From the NCBI RefSeq assembly GCF_009914755.1, contig NC_060944.1: 64,000 nucleotides of DNA, one strand, 5' to 3'. The position numbers were made by a program, and so were the translations under genes. The notes below the pieces were generated by a model, which did no database searches, was not told where the DNA came from, and saw nothing but the letters and a program-made list of their open reading frames with translations. Shown piece after piece: positions 1 to 14,631 of the stretch. Source of the stretch: the human T2T-CHM13v2.0 reference genome, Homo sapiens. Numbering within the stretch: the first letter of the stretch is position 1; each line of letters starts with the position of its first letter.

Positions 1-622
1 CTGTTGATGGGAGCATAAATTAGTTCAACCATTGTGGAAGACAGTGTGGAGATTCCTCAAGGATCTAGAACCAGAAATACCATTTGACCCAGCAATTCCA
101 CTACTGGGTATATACCCAAAGGATTGTAAATCATTCTACTATAAAGACATATGCCCACGTATGTTTATTGCGGCACTGTTCACAACAGCAAAGACTTGGA
201 ACCAACTCAAATGCCCATCAATGATAGACTGGATAAAGAAAATGTAGCACATATACACCATGGCATACTATGCAGCCATAAAAAAGGATCATGTCCTTTG
301 CAGGGACGTGGATGAAGCCGGAAGCCATCATTCTCAGCAAACTGACACAAGGACAGAAAACCAAACACCACATGTTCTCACTCATAAGTGGGAGTTGAAC
401 AATGAGAACACATGGACACAGGGAGGGGAACATCACACACCAGGGCCTGACAGAGGGTGGGGGGCAAGGGGAGGGATAGCATTAGGAGAAATACCTAATG
501 TAGATGATGGGTTGATGGGTGCAGCAAACCACCATGGCACATGTATACCTATGTAACAAACCTGCACGTTCTGCACATGTATCCCAGAACTTAAAAGTAT
601 AATAAAAAATTTAAAAAAAAAA
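1..622 (+). mobile_element. L1PA (about L1PA7-like) 3' end: ORF2 C-terminus, 3' UTR and poly(A); runs off the window start
   Basis: ORF 32..247 (WRFLKDLEPEIPFDPAIPLLGIYPKD) is the L1 ORF2p C-terminus. G-rich 3' UTR and AATAAA plus A-tail at ~600-622. Confidence 0.95.
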
Positions 623-1759
623 ACTTTCTAAAGCCACCTTGTCAAATTGTAGTCAAACTCTGGGAAGTTTAGTAAACCCAGAATTTCCTTAAACAGAAAT
701 ATGCTGTCAAATATTTCACTCTCTTAATCCCCTTATAAACATGCGTCTATCTTTTTTTCTTAATCCTCTTCCCCTCCAGCTCTTACTTGATCTCTCTCCC
801 TCCCACTCTGGGATAGCTTTCTCAAAGGTAGTCTACACTCTGCCTTCTCATCAATTTCCATTTCCTTCCTAGTTTATTCCACTCTACTGTTCTTCTGTCA
901 CCTAGGCTGAATCCCATAGGCATTTTGTGGAATTTCTCGTTGCTTAATTCTTCTGCACCACTTGTTGATCATTTCTTTTTTTAAGCATTGTTACCTCGCT
1001 TTTGTTCTTCTCTACCTCTGTGCTTGAGATTCTCCATTTGCATCTTCTGATTCACTCTTTCCCTTTCTCTTCCTGCTTGGGCAGTGCCACAGGTGCTGGC
1101 CCTATGGATGGCATCTACTGATCACCCTTGCCCTCTGGTCTTCTGTTGGGTTCCAGCCATGGGGGTGGGGATACTAGTAGATGGGATAGTGGGAGGAGGG
1201 AGAAGCTGAGGTATTGATCCTTCTGGTTCTGCCCAGTCTAGTTCACAGCAGTGCCTGTTTTCCTGCATCAAAGACCAACACTCTTTGTGGGCTTCTCTCC
1301 CCAACATCTACATTTCTCTCTGGGTTCCAGGAGATACCCCCTTTGTTTGCCCTTCAGAACAGTTGATGGGCATGCTCCCCTGCTGGTGCTCCCCAACGCT
1401 TCCTCTTACCTTGCTCACATCCTTGCAGTCTCTTCGTCAGCTCCATCTGTTTCCTGTGGGTATCTTGATTAATATAGTCTCCTTGGCATGTTACTCTTTC
1501 TTCAAGAACCTGAAAGGTTGGTTTTCCCCAGTGTTTCATCTTCTATCTTTCATAGTCACAGGGTCTCAAGTATTGTTTGTGAATCTTTGTCTCCTAAAGT
1601 TGCAATGATCATGGATAAGCTGATGATTTTCAAATTTTTATTCTCATTTCAAAACTCCCTTTTGCCATTCAGTCATTTGTATATAATTGCCAGGTACATT
1701 CCTTTAATGTGTCCTGAAGGGAGGACATGATAGGAAAACAGATATTTTTCCAAAGTAAG

Positions 1760-2122
1760 TGTATTAATCCATGTTCACATTGCTATAAAGAACTACCTGA
1801 GACTGGATAATTTATAAAGAAAAGAGGTTGAATTGACTCACCCTTTCCATATGACTGGGGAGGCCTCAGGAAACTTACAATCATGGCAGAAGGCAAAGGA
1901 GAAGCAAGGCACGTATTACAAGGAAACATGAGGAGAAAGCAGGTAAAGAGGGAAGTGCTACACTTTTAAACCATCAGATCTCATGAGAACTCACTATCAT
2001 GAGAACAGCATGGGGAAACCAACCCCATAATCTAATCATCTCCCACCAGGTCCCTCCCTTGACACATGGTAATTAAAAATCAAGATGTAATTTGGGTGGG
2101 GACACAGAGCAAAACCATAGTA
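1760..2122 (-). mobile_element. THE1 (THE1C/D-like) MaLR solo LTR
   Basis: Runs TGTATTAATCC...GGGACACAGAGCAAAACCATAGTA. 5-bp TSD GTAAG at 1755-1759 and 2123-2127. Confidence 0.9.
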
Positions 2123-3550
2123 GTAAGGGAGGAAATTCTAAGGGTCTGTCTCAGGATACAATGGATTCCATACACAGGAATTATTCATGACCAGATGCAA
2201 CAGTTGAGATGACTCTGAGGATTCCTTCCAGGTCTTACCTTCAATAAGCTGGAAACATTGCACTGCAAACATCCCTAGTAGAACAGATGCCACTGCCAGA
2301 GGAGTTGGTTGGGAACATATCTTTGTGTGTGTATATGGGAGTATTTGTGGGCATGTATTTATATGTATCTGGAAGTGTGCATATGTATAAATAGAAGGAG
2401 ATATTAATTATATATATACATATTTTTAATGCCTGCAACCCAAATAAAAATAAGCTCCATGAAGAATGGATGAGCTGACAACACACTATCCAATTTTGCA
2501 TCTGGAGCATGCACAGGAATTTATTACAAGCAGCAGCCAGACTTTTTTTGGACATGTAATAATCTTTTATTCTGTTTTATGTGAAAGTTAAAAGCTAAAG
2601 AATGCCATTTGCAGACCTTCAGCAACTTCTAGCTTGGCTTTAGAAATTCATTGCAGAAGATGGAGAACTTTGATATAGGGCCAGGACAATGACATTCAGC
2701 ACCCAGATCTTAATTTCTGAATTGATTCTCCAACTCAGCCCCTGTTCTGTTTGCAGAGATGACAGAAGAGACATCCAGGAGTAGATTTCAATGCACAGCA
2801 GCAGCTGAGAGAAGCCAGCTGTGAAAAAGTGAGTGATCCCCACACCCATGCACATCATTTATTATAAAGACACTGCCATCATTTTTATCACGAAACTTCT
2901 ACTCAGACAAAAGATTTAACATCAAAGAAGAGCATTGGTGAGGCTTCAAGTTGCTATGATTATTGAGAAATCCTATAGTGGCTTGAATCGACTCTGGCAA
3001 GGTAAATTCACCAAGATCCCAGGGATGCGTCTCACATTTGTCCCACTTGTCAGAGGAGGTCAGGCAGGAAATGCCAAACGAGAGAAATTCTCCTAAATGA
3101 GGTCAACTGGTACGCTGATTAGTGTGTAGGCAAACACTGATGATGCAGACAGGAAAGGGGGTGAGGAGAAAATGTTACCCTTGACTAGAGGGGAGAGGAG
3201 GCCTTCCCTCCCAACCCTATTCAGTTGCAGACTTCACAGGACTGCCACAAGCGACACTGAATGGAGAGATAAAAAGATGATAAAAGTCACAGGCTACAAT
3301 CCTGTTGGGCTTTGTGGCTGTGGGTTTCCAGAGCGACCGTCCCTGCAGGCCCCTGGACCTGCCACCTTGTCAGCAGGTGTGTCTGACTGGCTGTGGCTAG
3401 GACAAGTCAAAGGGGCCAAAATGGCCCCAAAGGGGACTGGTAAATACTTGGGTCAAATGAGAGAAAGAAGGGGATGACAGTGCTATATTGTGGGTCTTCC
3501 ACACCAGTCTGGTCATTCCCATATTCAAGAGCTGTCCATTACCTTCAGAA

Positions 3551-3834
3551 CTGCTACAAGGCTGTCTTTAGGCAGCTTAGCCTCCCAGGTTCTTCTATAC
3601 AGCTAAATATATACACAGAAAGCTTTTATTGTGTCTATCAAAAGTCTCCAGCCAAGTGCACATTCCTTGGGCCTGAAGAGGCTAACATTCTTCCATCCAC
3701 TTAGCAGGCATTTACTGTGCACTGAGTCAGTGCTGAGGGCTCCAGAGTGAAGGACGCACAGCCCGGCCCTCAGAAGATCAGCTCACAGTGGGTGAGGGGG
3801 AAAGACCAGCAGGCAATGAAGACGCAACGTGGCC
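3551..3834 (+). repeat. Left arm of local inverted duplication (partner 4142-4434)
   Basis: Aligns by eye to the reverse complement of 4142-4434 at about 85% identity. Contains an L2 3' end plus unique flank. Confidence 0.95.
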
Positions 3835-3949
3835 CACCTCCTCCCCGAGGACAGACAGACCCAAATATTGTGGATCCTACTGAGGTCCCTGAGCTTCTCC
3901 TCCAGATTCAGTCCTGATGGTTGGTCATCTTCCACGGCTGCTTGCTTCC

Positions 3950-4285
3950 AGGCCTCTGTACCTGCCTTCCTTCTTCGCTTGCCCTCCCCATCTTTTTCTT
4001 GCATCCCTCACTGCACTGGGCTCTAGTGACTTTCAGGTCTTTATTTCCATGCCATCTCCTTGAGAAAGACTTCCCTGCCTCCCTGGTCAGCTGTCTATTT
4101 TCTGTGTTCCTTCAGACCCCTGGTTTTCCTGTCACCTATCTGGCCATGTTGCATCTTCATTGCCTGCTTGTCTCTCCCCCTCACCTACCATGAACTGGTC
4201 TTCTGAGGGCAGGGGCTGTGCATCCTTCACTCTGGAGCCCTCAGCACTGACTCGGTGCACAGTAAGTGGCTGCCAAGTGGATGGA
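3950..4285 (+). mobile_element. L2 LINE 3' fragment
   Basis: Degenerate L2 3' motifs (GCCATCTCCTTGAGAAAGACTTCCCTG ... TGAGGGCAGGGGCTGTG ... CACAGTAAGTG). Confidence 0.6.
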
Positions 4286-4434
4286 AGACTGTTAGCCTCT
4301 TCAGGTCCAAGGAAGAAGGGTGTATTTGGCTGGGGGCTTTCTTTGGGTAGACACCAGGAAAGCTTTCTGCTTTCATATTTGGCTTTATAGAAGAACCCAG
4401 GAGGCTAAGCTGCCCAAAGACAGTCTTGCAGCAG
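4142..4434 (-). repeat. Right arm of local inverted duplication (partner 3551-3834)
   Basis: For example CTCTGGAGCCCTCAGCACTGACTC here versus GAGTCAGTGCTGAGGGCTCCAGAG in the left arm. Confidence 0.95.
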
Positions 4435-4459
4435 GAACTCCCTCTTGATTTTTCAGGGT

Positions 4460-4984
4460 AAGCTCCGGGCAGTGGCAGGGATGGAAATGTGGTCAGGGCT
4501 AGAAGAGTTTTGATGAGCATGATAGAGAAATCATAAATGACCTCAGAAAATACTGAAGTCGTCCTGAATAGGCTGTTAGAAATACCAACATGAGGGGAGC
4601 TGTTTAGAACAAAGGCTCAGAATAAAGTGAGGAATGTGGCATTGAGAAGTAGAAGAGGAGACCAGAAGGGGAGGTCAGAGAGACTTGAGGTCAAACGGCT
4701 GCAGAATGCCCGTACCGGCTTGAAGATGCAGGGCCATGCAGAGAAGGCACTGATGCTGCCAGCATTCTGTTAGGGTGTGGAAGGGGTCCTCTCCAGAGTG
4801 CCCAGGTGACAGCCCCACCCAGCCAACACTTTGGTTTCCATATGTAAGAGCTGGAGCTGAGGACCAACAAAGCTACTCTGTGCCTGGACTGCAGACTCGT
4901 GAAATGTTGAGATGATAGATGGGTACTGTTTTAAGCTGTTAATATTGTGGTAATTTGTTATGGCAGCAACAGAAAACTCACGCA
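4460..4984 (+). mobile_element. MLT1 MaLR: internal fragment plus MLT1D/E-like LTR
   Basis: Ends TGTTTTAAGCTG...GGTAATTTGTTATGGCAGCAACAGAAAACTCACGCA, a typical MLT1 terminus. Confidence 0.7.
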
Positions 4985-5792
4985 GGTTTTCCTGAAGTTA
5001 AACAGGTGAGCCCTGGGGTCTCCCGGAGGGAGGGAGTTCATTTCCTGGCTATGCCTCCCATTACCTGCCACCACCATCCAGGGCTTCATTCCTCCTTTGT
5101 GAAATGTGACAGTGAGAGCCACACAGCACTATGAGGATGTAAGGACGTGTCACACGTAAAGCCAGGGAATGGTCCATTGTACAAACAAAGCCCACGATAT
5201 ATGTAAGCTGCCATGCAACTAAGTTAATGCAAATCCCTGTTTTCTTTGTTCCCTTGGAAGATAAACCATAGAGAGTCTAACCAGGCTGCTGCTTAAATAA
5301 AACCATGTGGCCCTGAGCAAAAGCCAGAGGTTGCACTTGCTCTGGAAAAGCCTGTTGTGGCTCCTGCGTCTACCCTGTCCTCTAACAGAAGCTGCCTTAA
5401 CTCAAGGTGGTCGGGTTGCCTGGCCAAAGCTGGTTGAGTTAGTGCTGGACACTTGACCCATGCTGAGCTTTCTGATTCTCTGTCCTGGGGACCCAGAGAG
5501 GGGACAGCGAGAACCTTCTTAGCCGTGGGCAGTGGAACAGCCACAGTGGGGCATGGGGCCAGAGTCAAAGCCAAGGAGTCAGCTGGTCAAAGGATGAGCT
5601 TGCAGCACAGCAGAAATTAGAAGCCACACAGAGGGTGAGTCTTGCTTTGCAGAGAAGGCCATGCTAATGTTGACATGCCATCATATTATCGCGGGAGCCA
5701 TGTGGACTGTGTGCTTCATCTGTGTAATGCAGTATTCTGGGGCTTCATGTGTGACATCTCTTTACATCCTCACAACACCATGTGGTATTCTT

Positions 5793-5829
5793 TGTAGAGA
5801 CGGGGTTTTGCCATGTTGCCCAGGCTAGT
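5793..5829 (-). mobile_element. Short Alu/FLAM fragment
   Basis: TGTAGAGACGGGGTTTTGCCATGTTGCCCAGGCTAGT. Confidence 0.75.
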
Positions 5830-6783
5830 GATCACTATTTTCTTCTAGTTATTTCTTTGTATCTGCCACCTAAGCACTGATGTGGGGTAAGATGTGATCC
5901 TCAGGTCTCTTGTTTACCTCTTTCCTCTAGATGGTGAGCAACACTTGTTCTGTGCAGCCAGCATCCCTTTCCTGCATCTTTGATTACAACATACACCTCC
6001 ACCTTCTCACTGTCTCATTTCACAAAGGAGGAAAGAAACCCTGGGAGGCAGGTGGCAGGTAATGGGAGGCAGAGGCAGGAGCTGAACTTCCTCTGGGAGA
6101 CCCCAGGGCTCACCTGCTTAACTTCATGAAACCCAGGAGCCCAGAGAAACAGACATCAGCCACCCAAGAACTGTTCCCACAAGATCTGTTCCCATAGACC
6201 CAGACTATACTTCCCATGCTGGTATGCCTGATGAGTGCCTGCATCTTTAAAAATCTTCTTAAAGATTATTAAATTCCTCTTCAAAAGTTACAAAAGCAAC
6301 ATGGTTGCTGACAGTATAGGAATATAAGGAAAACTTGAATAATGTCCCCAGCCCCATACTGATCACTCCTGACCCTGGGAGCCACGTCTTTGTTCACAGC
6401 CCGAGGTGTTTCCTTCCGCACATTCTTGTGCTCATGTGTCTTTTGTTCTTTGATTTATTTGTTTCTACAAAATGTATTCCATTCACCTACAACTCCTCTT
6501 GTCCTTCACCTCCATTTTCTCCTTAACATTTCTTTGTGAACATCCCTAAATCAACAGGTAACAGATAGAGGCAGATAAAGCATGGTCTTTCGTAATAAAA
6601 GGAAACCACAATTTTTCACTCATAACTTTATAAAAGAATAGCACTTGAGTCCAGCATTTTTGTTTTGCCACCACAATAACGTAAAAACAAACAACTTCTT
6701 GCCCATATATCCTTGTATATGTTGCCTGTGTTTTAAAGAGGCAGGATGGAGAATGGCCAAGTGGTTAAGAAGCCCAGATGCTA

Positions 6784-7506
<723 letters not shown>

Positions 7507-7525
7507 AAGAAGTCCAGATGCTAGA

Positions 7526-7745
7526 ATCAAAATATGTAGGTTCAACTCCCTGCCCTGCTGTTTGCAAAATGTATAACCTTGGCTAAGTCGCTTAACCTCT
7601 GCAAGGCTCAAGTCCCTCGTATGTTAAACAGGGACTGTGCTGGAGGAACTCCCTAGGATTGCTGTGAGGAATTGTGTTAATCATTTACGACCCTTAGAAC
7701 AGAGCTTGGCACACAATAAGTACTTGGTCAGGGTTAGTTATCTTC
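7526..7745 (+). mobile_element. MIR SINE (its 5' part lies at ~6750-6785, split by the L1)
   Basis: GGTTCAACTCC...ACCTTGGCTAAGTCGCTTAACCTCTG...AGAGCTTGGCACACAATAAGTACT. Confidence 0.8.
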
Positions 7746-9179
7746 ATTATCAGATGACCATTGTCATTATTGCGGTGGCATAGGGTCACTGGATGGATTC
7801 CCACATGAAGAATATTTTGTATAAATTCACTTTCTTTTTCACTAGACTCAGTCCCATGAGGTTTCTATAACTTTGTATCATAACACTCTAAGGCACTACT
7901 GAAATATGGATGCAATGAATTCAAATATGAACTATAACTAGGCGTTATAAATCGAGTTTGCCCTAATAATCATTTTCGCAATGTTGACTTTTCTGGAAAT
8001 AATAAGTCTAAATGCATGTGCTAGCTCTGGGCCCATCATGGGAGGGAGAACTTTATAAGAAGATCATTATCTATCTCTTGCTCTTTCATTAAACGGGATT
8101 GTTTTTAAGTCAAATCAATTTTCTACCTCCATGGTCCAAGCTTTTGGCAAATTTGCATCATAATCATCTTCTTCATCCACTTGGCAGATACTTAATGCAA
8201 GTCATCCTGTCCACAGGAAAACACACATCATAGACATAAAATGTGTGTTCTCCATTTAATTTTTATGAGCACTTAGTGGGTAACCCTTTGTTTTTATTCT
8301 CCCCCTTGATGTCAAATTACTTCATATGTCTTTTCGTAGTTTGTCTAATCTACAATTGTATTTCTCATTATCATTTTGTGGGTTGTGGTGCTATTTCCTC
8401 CAGTTTCATTCTCCCTCTTTTATGTTTCTCTTGTACAAAATTAATTACATTGTACCTTCAAGCATAATTTTAACACTGTCTCCATTGCACTGTGTCTGCT
8501 TTTAATTAATACTCTTCTAATGTAGATTTTAAAGCCAAATGGTGCAATATTGTGAGCATCAAAGAAACAAAGAATCTAACAAAACTAAAATGAATGAGCA
8601 AGACAAAAACAGCTGACAATGTGTTCTCATTTGAAAATGTCACTTTCGCTGTACATTGAAAGAATGGATTACTTGGCGCTTTCTCTAAAAAAAAAAAAAA
8701 AAAAAAAGACAAGAGATGTTGACTCCAGATTTCTGGTGCCGTTGGTCTGAGTTTTACTTGGACTCACACTGAGCAAATATCTCAAGAGGAATTAACCAAA
8801 CACAGCAGTCTCACAACTCAAGGAAAGGGGAGGTGAACCCCACAAATACATTTCTCAGAAGTTTTCTGTAGACCAGATACGGCAAACCACTCATCTTGAA
8901 CTTCAGCCTGTGTTTTTCATGTCGCAAAGACTCTGATGATGCTGTGTCCCTTTGGTGTCCCACACAACCCCACTCCAAAGGAGAAGGAATCTCTTTGGGT
9001 TTCTGTCAGTTTCACGGAAGAGAAAATCAAACACAGTAGAACTACATGTATCGTGGCTCTGTGAATTAGTGAAATGTCCAAATAACAAAATATGGAAAAC
9101 AAACAAATGTCATCTTACTACTTTTTGATTAATGAATCAGCTTGAACTTCTACCTAATAAGCTGGACTGCTTTAAAAAT

Positions 9180-9183
9180 GTGT

Positions 9184-9217
<34 letters not shown>
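9180..9217. repeat. (TG)n microsatellite
   Basis: Seen directly. Confidence 0.95.
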
Positions 9218-9220
<3 letters not shown>

Positions 9221-9679
9221 GAATTTGTAGTAAAATGTGGATACATGTAACGATGTATATGCATTCTAAAATAGACAATTTGTATTGGGTGGGTATATTG
9301 TGTGCAGTTTTATTTGTTGCTTTAAGTGATTCAATGTATCTTTCCTTACAAAAATTAGACTGAATGGGTAATAATTTTGAGGTAACAGAGGCTGAGTCCC
9401 TAATCTCAGACCGTAGGGAGAGATTTGATTTGATTGAGACAATGTAATGTGAAATGAAGTCTATAGGTTTGTGTGTCAGAGTAGTCTCAGCTCTAGTCCT
9501 GATTTAGTCAATAACTTTCTGTGGGAACGTGAAGTATGTCATTTACAACCATTATTTTCTTTGCCTGGCCTTCCCAAATTTCTGCAAATTGTCATTGTCT
9601 TCTTCCTCCTGACCTTCTGTACTGATAGAATTGTAGCATCCAAAGTGGGAAGATTATTACTCTGCCCATACCCAGATTT

Positions 9680-10120
9680 GTCATGGTAGTGGGTCAGGCC
9701 TCCAAAAATATATTTGCCTATCTAATTCCTGGAACTTGTGAATATGATCTTATGTGGAAAGCATCTTTGCAGATTAACTAGGGATTTTGAGATGAGATCA
9801 TTCCGGATTATCCAGGTGGACCCTAAATTCGATGACAAATGTTCTTATAAAATAGAAACAGAGGGAGACTTGAGACAGGAAGAAGAGAAGGCCACATGAA
9901 GGTGGAGGCAGAGACTGGGGTGCCGGGGCCCCAGCCAGGTACTGCCTGGAGTCTCTGGAAACTGGAAGAGGCAAGAAATAGGTTCTCCCTTAGAGCCTCT
10001 GGTAGGAGTGTGGCCCTGCCAACACCTAGATTTCAGACGTCCAGCCTTGAGAACTGTGAACGAATAAATTCATGTTGTTTTAAGCCACCCAGTTTGTGGC
10101 GGTTTGTTATGGGAGCCCAG
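9680..10120 (+). mobile_element. MLT1B/C-like MaLR LTR
   Basis: GGATTATCCAGGTGGACCCTAAAT...GAGAACTGTGAACGAATAAATTCATGTTGTTTTAAGCCACCCAGTTTGTGG. Confidence 0.85.
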
Positions 10121-10389
10121 AGCCCAGGGAGGAGTGTGTGGTCACTGAATGCAACGTAGGCCAATTTCCAGACATTCAATGTTGGGCTAAGAGTTTCCAG
10201 CCACAGTCCCACTGTTAGTTTGATCACAGGAATTACAAACTTGGGGAATATTGTTAATGGCCATTTTGTGCCATGTGAACTGAAAAATGGAAAAGTCTAT
10301 TTGGTGGAAAGAGAAGAATGAAACAAATGTGCAGAGAAGGGGAGAGGCAGAGGTGAGACAGAAAAATTCTCATGTGAGGTTTAGAGCCT

Positions 10390-10850
10390 GTCAGGAAAAC
10401 AGAAAGTACTAGGGGTTTCAGAGAGAATTTAACATAGGGAGCTTGTTAAAGGTGATGGAGGGGTGAGGAATTAGGAGGTGGGAAGTCACCCCAGAGACTG
10501 GCAGTGGGGGAGCCTTCCACCACTCAGGAGGGGGAGACAAGGAGGCAGTCGTACCAGGGATGGGAGCCCTGGCAGAAGCTGGAAGCAGTGGGCCCTGTCC
10601 AGCAGGAGCTGAAGCCATGGGGGAGAAACAGCTGCTGTGGACGATGCCCCCCAGTGTGGAGAGAGGAGAATAAATAAACCAGTTTCTTCTTCCTGGACCT
10701 TCCAGTCTCCTGTCTGTGCCTCTCTTGGGTCACACGCAGCCAGAAGCCAGCTGAAAGGGAGGCTGGGAAGTGCCTGAGGGAGTTGGCTCCCTCCACAGAA
10801 GGGACCAGAGGAGGAGGAGGAGTTTCTCTGAGAGCAAACCAGATCTGCTG
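10390..10850 (-). mobile_element. ERVL LTR (LTR33/LTR41-like)
   Basis: CTCCTGTCTGTGCCTCTCTTGGGTCACACGCAGCCAGAAGCCAG resembles the LTR33-family core. Confidence 0.5.
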
Positions 10851-11887
10851 GAAATCCACATCCTGGGCCATAAAACACACCTCGCAACTCTAAAACAATG
10901 GAAATCATGCCAAGTGTATTCTCAGACCATAATGGAATTAAACTAGACATCTACTATAGAAAGATAGCTAGAAAACACCAGAGTGTTGACAGATGAAACC
11001 ACACACTTCTAAATAACACATGGATCAAAGAAGAAGACTCCCGTGAAATTTAAAAATATTTTGAACTAAATGAAAATAAAAACCAAACTCATCAAAATTT
11101 GTGGGACGCAGCGAAAGCAGTGCTTACGGAGGCACTTCTACCCTGAACACATAGATCAGAAAAGAAAAAGGATCTGACATCATTAATCTATACTGCCACT
11201 CTAGGAGATGAGAGAAAAACGGACAACTTCAACCCAAAGCAAGCAGAAGAAATGAAACCATAAAAATCAGGGCAAAATCAATGAAATTAAAAACAGAAAA
11301 TCAATAGAAAAACATCAATGAAACTAAAAGATGGTTGTTCAAAAATATAAATGCTGTAGACTGAATGTTTGTGTCCCTCCCCATCCTAATCTCTAAGGTA
11401 ATGGTATTGGGAGGTGTGGCCTTTGGGAGGTGATTAGGTCATGAGGACAGAGCCATCCAAATGCACTTGTAAAAATGACTCCAGGGAGCTCCCTCTTGCC
11501 TTCCACCATGTGAGGACACAGTGAGAAGTGCCATCTATGAACCAGGAAAAAGGCCCTCAGCAGACACCAAATCTGCAGACAATTGGATCTGGGACTTCCT
11601 GCCTCCAGAACTGTGGGAAATTTCTGTTGTTTGTAAGCCACCAGCCTCTGGTATTTTGTTATTGCAGCCACTGTTAGCAGTGGAAGCTATCTGTATGGGT
11701 CTGCAGCAACCTCAGGTCTTGCCTCCTGAGAAGAAAGAATTTGACTGAGGGGCAGAAGGCAGAAGGAGAGACCAAGGTAAGTTTTAGAGCAGGAGTGAAA
11801 GTTTACCAAAAACTTTTAGAAGAGGAAGGAAAGGAAAAAAAGTTCACTTGGAAGAAGGCCAAGCTGGCGACTTAAAAAACAAGTGCA

Positions 11888-12200
11888 GGCCAGGCGCAGT
11901 GGCTCATGCCTGTAATCCCAGCACTTTGGCAGGGCGAGGCAGGCGGATTACCTGAGGTCGGAAGTTGGAGACCAGCCTGGCCAACGTGGTGAAACCCCGT
12001 CTCTACTAAAAATACAAAAATTAGCCAGGCGTGGTGGCGGGCACCTGTAATCCCAGCTACTCAGGGGGCTGAGGTAGGAGAATGGCATGAACCCGGGAGG
12101 CGGAGGTTGTGGTGAGCCAAGATTATGCCATTGCTCTCCAGCCTGGGCAATGAGAGCAAAACTCTGTCTCAAAAAGAAAAACAAACAAACAAAACAAACA
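11888..12200 (+). mobile_element. AluS (Sp/Sq-like) with (CAAA)n tail
   Basis: Full dimer; approximate TSD AAAAACAAGTG. Confidence 0.97.
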
Positions 12201-12354
12201 AAAACAAGTGTGCAGTTTGACTTTCTGATTTGGAGTTTTAGACATGGGCACACTTCCAGGGTCTTGACTTGCATTATTTCTCCCAACTCTGAGATCTTAT
12301 CAGGAAGCTGCTGATCACCAGTTTCAGGTGGTGTTTTCTATCAATTAGGAGACT

Positions 12355-12650
12355 GGCTGGGCACGGTGGCTCACACTGTAATCCCAGCACTTTGGGATGC
12401 CAAGGCGGGAGGATCACCTGCGGTCAGGAGTTCAAGACCAGCCTGGCCAACATGAGGAAACCCCGTCTCTATGAAAAATACAAAAATTAGTTGGGCGTGG
12501 TGGTAGGTGCCTGTAATCCCAGCTACTCAGGAGGCTGAGGCAGGAGAATAGCTTGAACCTGGGAGATGCAGGCTGCAGTGAGCCAAGATTGCACCATTAT
12601 ACTGCAGCCTGGGCGACAGAGCAAGACTCTATCTGGGAAAAAAAAAAAAA
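12355..12650 (+). mobile_element. AluSx-like
   Basis: Full dimer with A-tail; TSD GAGACT. Confidence 0.97.
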
Positions 12651-12819
12651 GAGACTACATTTCCCTGGCACCAGCTGTGACCAATTATTACTTTAGGGAG
12701 ACAGTTAACCACCTGACCATCACCTGATGGTCTCCAGACTCTCCTGGTGTGTGTGGTGGGGAGCCCTCTCCTGCCCTGCTCAGACCAGACTAGCTACCCA
12801 CTGTAACATGAACAGACTA

Positions 12820-13201
<382 letters not shown>

Positions 13202-14631
13202 GGAACCATTATTACTAATGCCATGGACATTAAGAGGATAATTTAAAAATATCACGCTCTGCCTATACATTTTATATCCTAGAAGAAATGGTCTAACTTC
13301 TTGAAAAACTGAGCAATCAAAGCTCATGCAGGGAGAAATAAATAATAGATTTCTATCAATAAAGAAATTGAATTTGTAATTACTAACCTTCTAAAAAAGA
13401 AAGCACCAGGCCTAGGTGGTTTCAATGGTGAATTTTACCTAACGCTTCAAGAAGAAATGATACCCATTTTCTACAATCTCTTTTGGAAAACATACGTAGA
13501 GGGATTACTTTTTAAACTCATCCTATGGGACCAGAATTACCCTATTACCAAAACCAGATAAAGACATTATAACAAAGAAAAACTACAAAACTAATATACC
13601 TCATTAATATACATGCAAAAATCTTTAACAAAGTATTAGGAAATCAAATCCAACAGTGTGATACAAATAATTATATACCACAATCAAGTGGGATTTATTC
13701 CAAGTATGCAAAACTGATGGAATTGATGGAAATGATGGAAATATAATTAATATTATCCACACACCAGTAGGCTAAGGGAGGAAAGCTATATAATCACATC
13801 AACAGATGTAGAAAAATCACTTGACAAATCCAACACCTATTTATGATTAAAAACTCACAGCAAAATAGAAATACAGGGGAACCTCCTCAACATATTGTTT
13901 TAAAAATCTACATAAAACCTACAGCTAGCATTATACTTAATGGTGAGAAACTGCATGCTTACCCCTAAAGTTCAGAAAAAGATAAGAATGTTCCCTTTCA
14001 CTACTTTTAATTCGACCTCACATTAGAAGTCCTAGCTAGTGCAATAAGACAAAGAAAATAAACACATACTGATTGAGAAGGAAGGAAAGAGCTGCCCTTG
14101 TTTGCATATGACATGATTGCCTATGTAGAAAATTCCAAAGAATTGACAAACCAGCAACCTCATAAAACAAGTAATTATGTCAAAGTTGCAGGGTATAACG
14201 TTAGTATATAAAAGTTAACTGTTTTTCTGTGTACTAGCAATGAGGAATTAAAATCCAATGCCATTTACAGTAGCCCCAAGAAATGACATACTTAGTATAT
14301 AAATCTAAGAAAAATCTGTGGGATTTATATGCAGAAAACTCTTAGGAAAGAAATCAAGGACCTAAATGCAGAAATAGATATTTCTTGTTCGTATATTTGA
14401 AGACTCAATATTGGTAGGATGTTAATTCTTCTGAACTTGATCTATAGCCTAGCCAAAATCCCACCCAAAGTCTAGCATGCTATTTTGTGAGTATCCACAA
14501 ACTTGAGTCTCCAATTTATCTAAATAGATAAAAGGCCTAGAATAGCCAACATGACAGTGAAGAAGCATAGCTAAGTTGGAGGACTGACACTCTTGAACTT
14601 TAAGACTTGCTATAAAGCTACAGTAAAGTAG

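Larger units (their letters stand above)
11672..12808 (-). mobile_element. MER50-like ERV1 LTR containing two Alus
   Basis: TGTTAGCAGTGG...AAGAAAGAATTTGACTGAGGGGCAGAAGGCAGAAGGAGAGACC...TAGCTACCCACTGTAACA. Confidence 0.75.
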
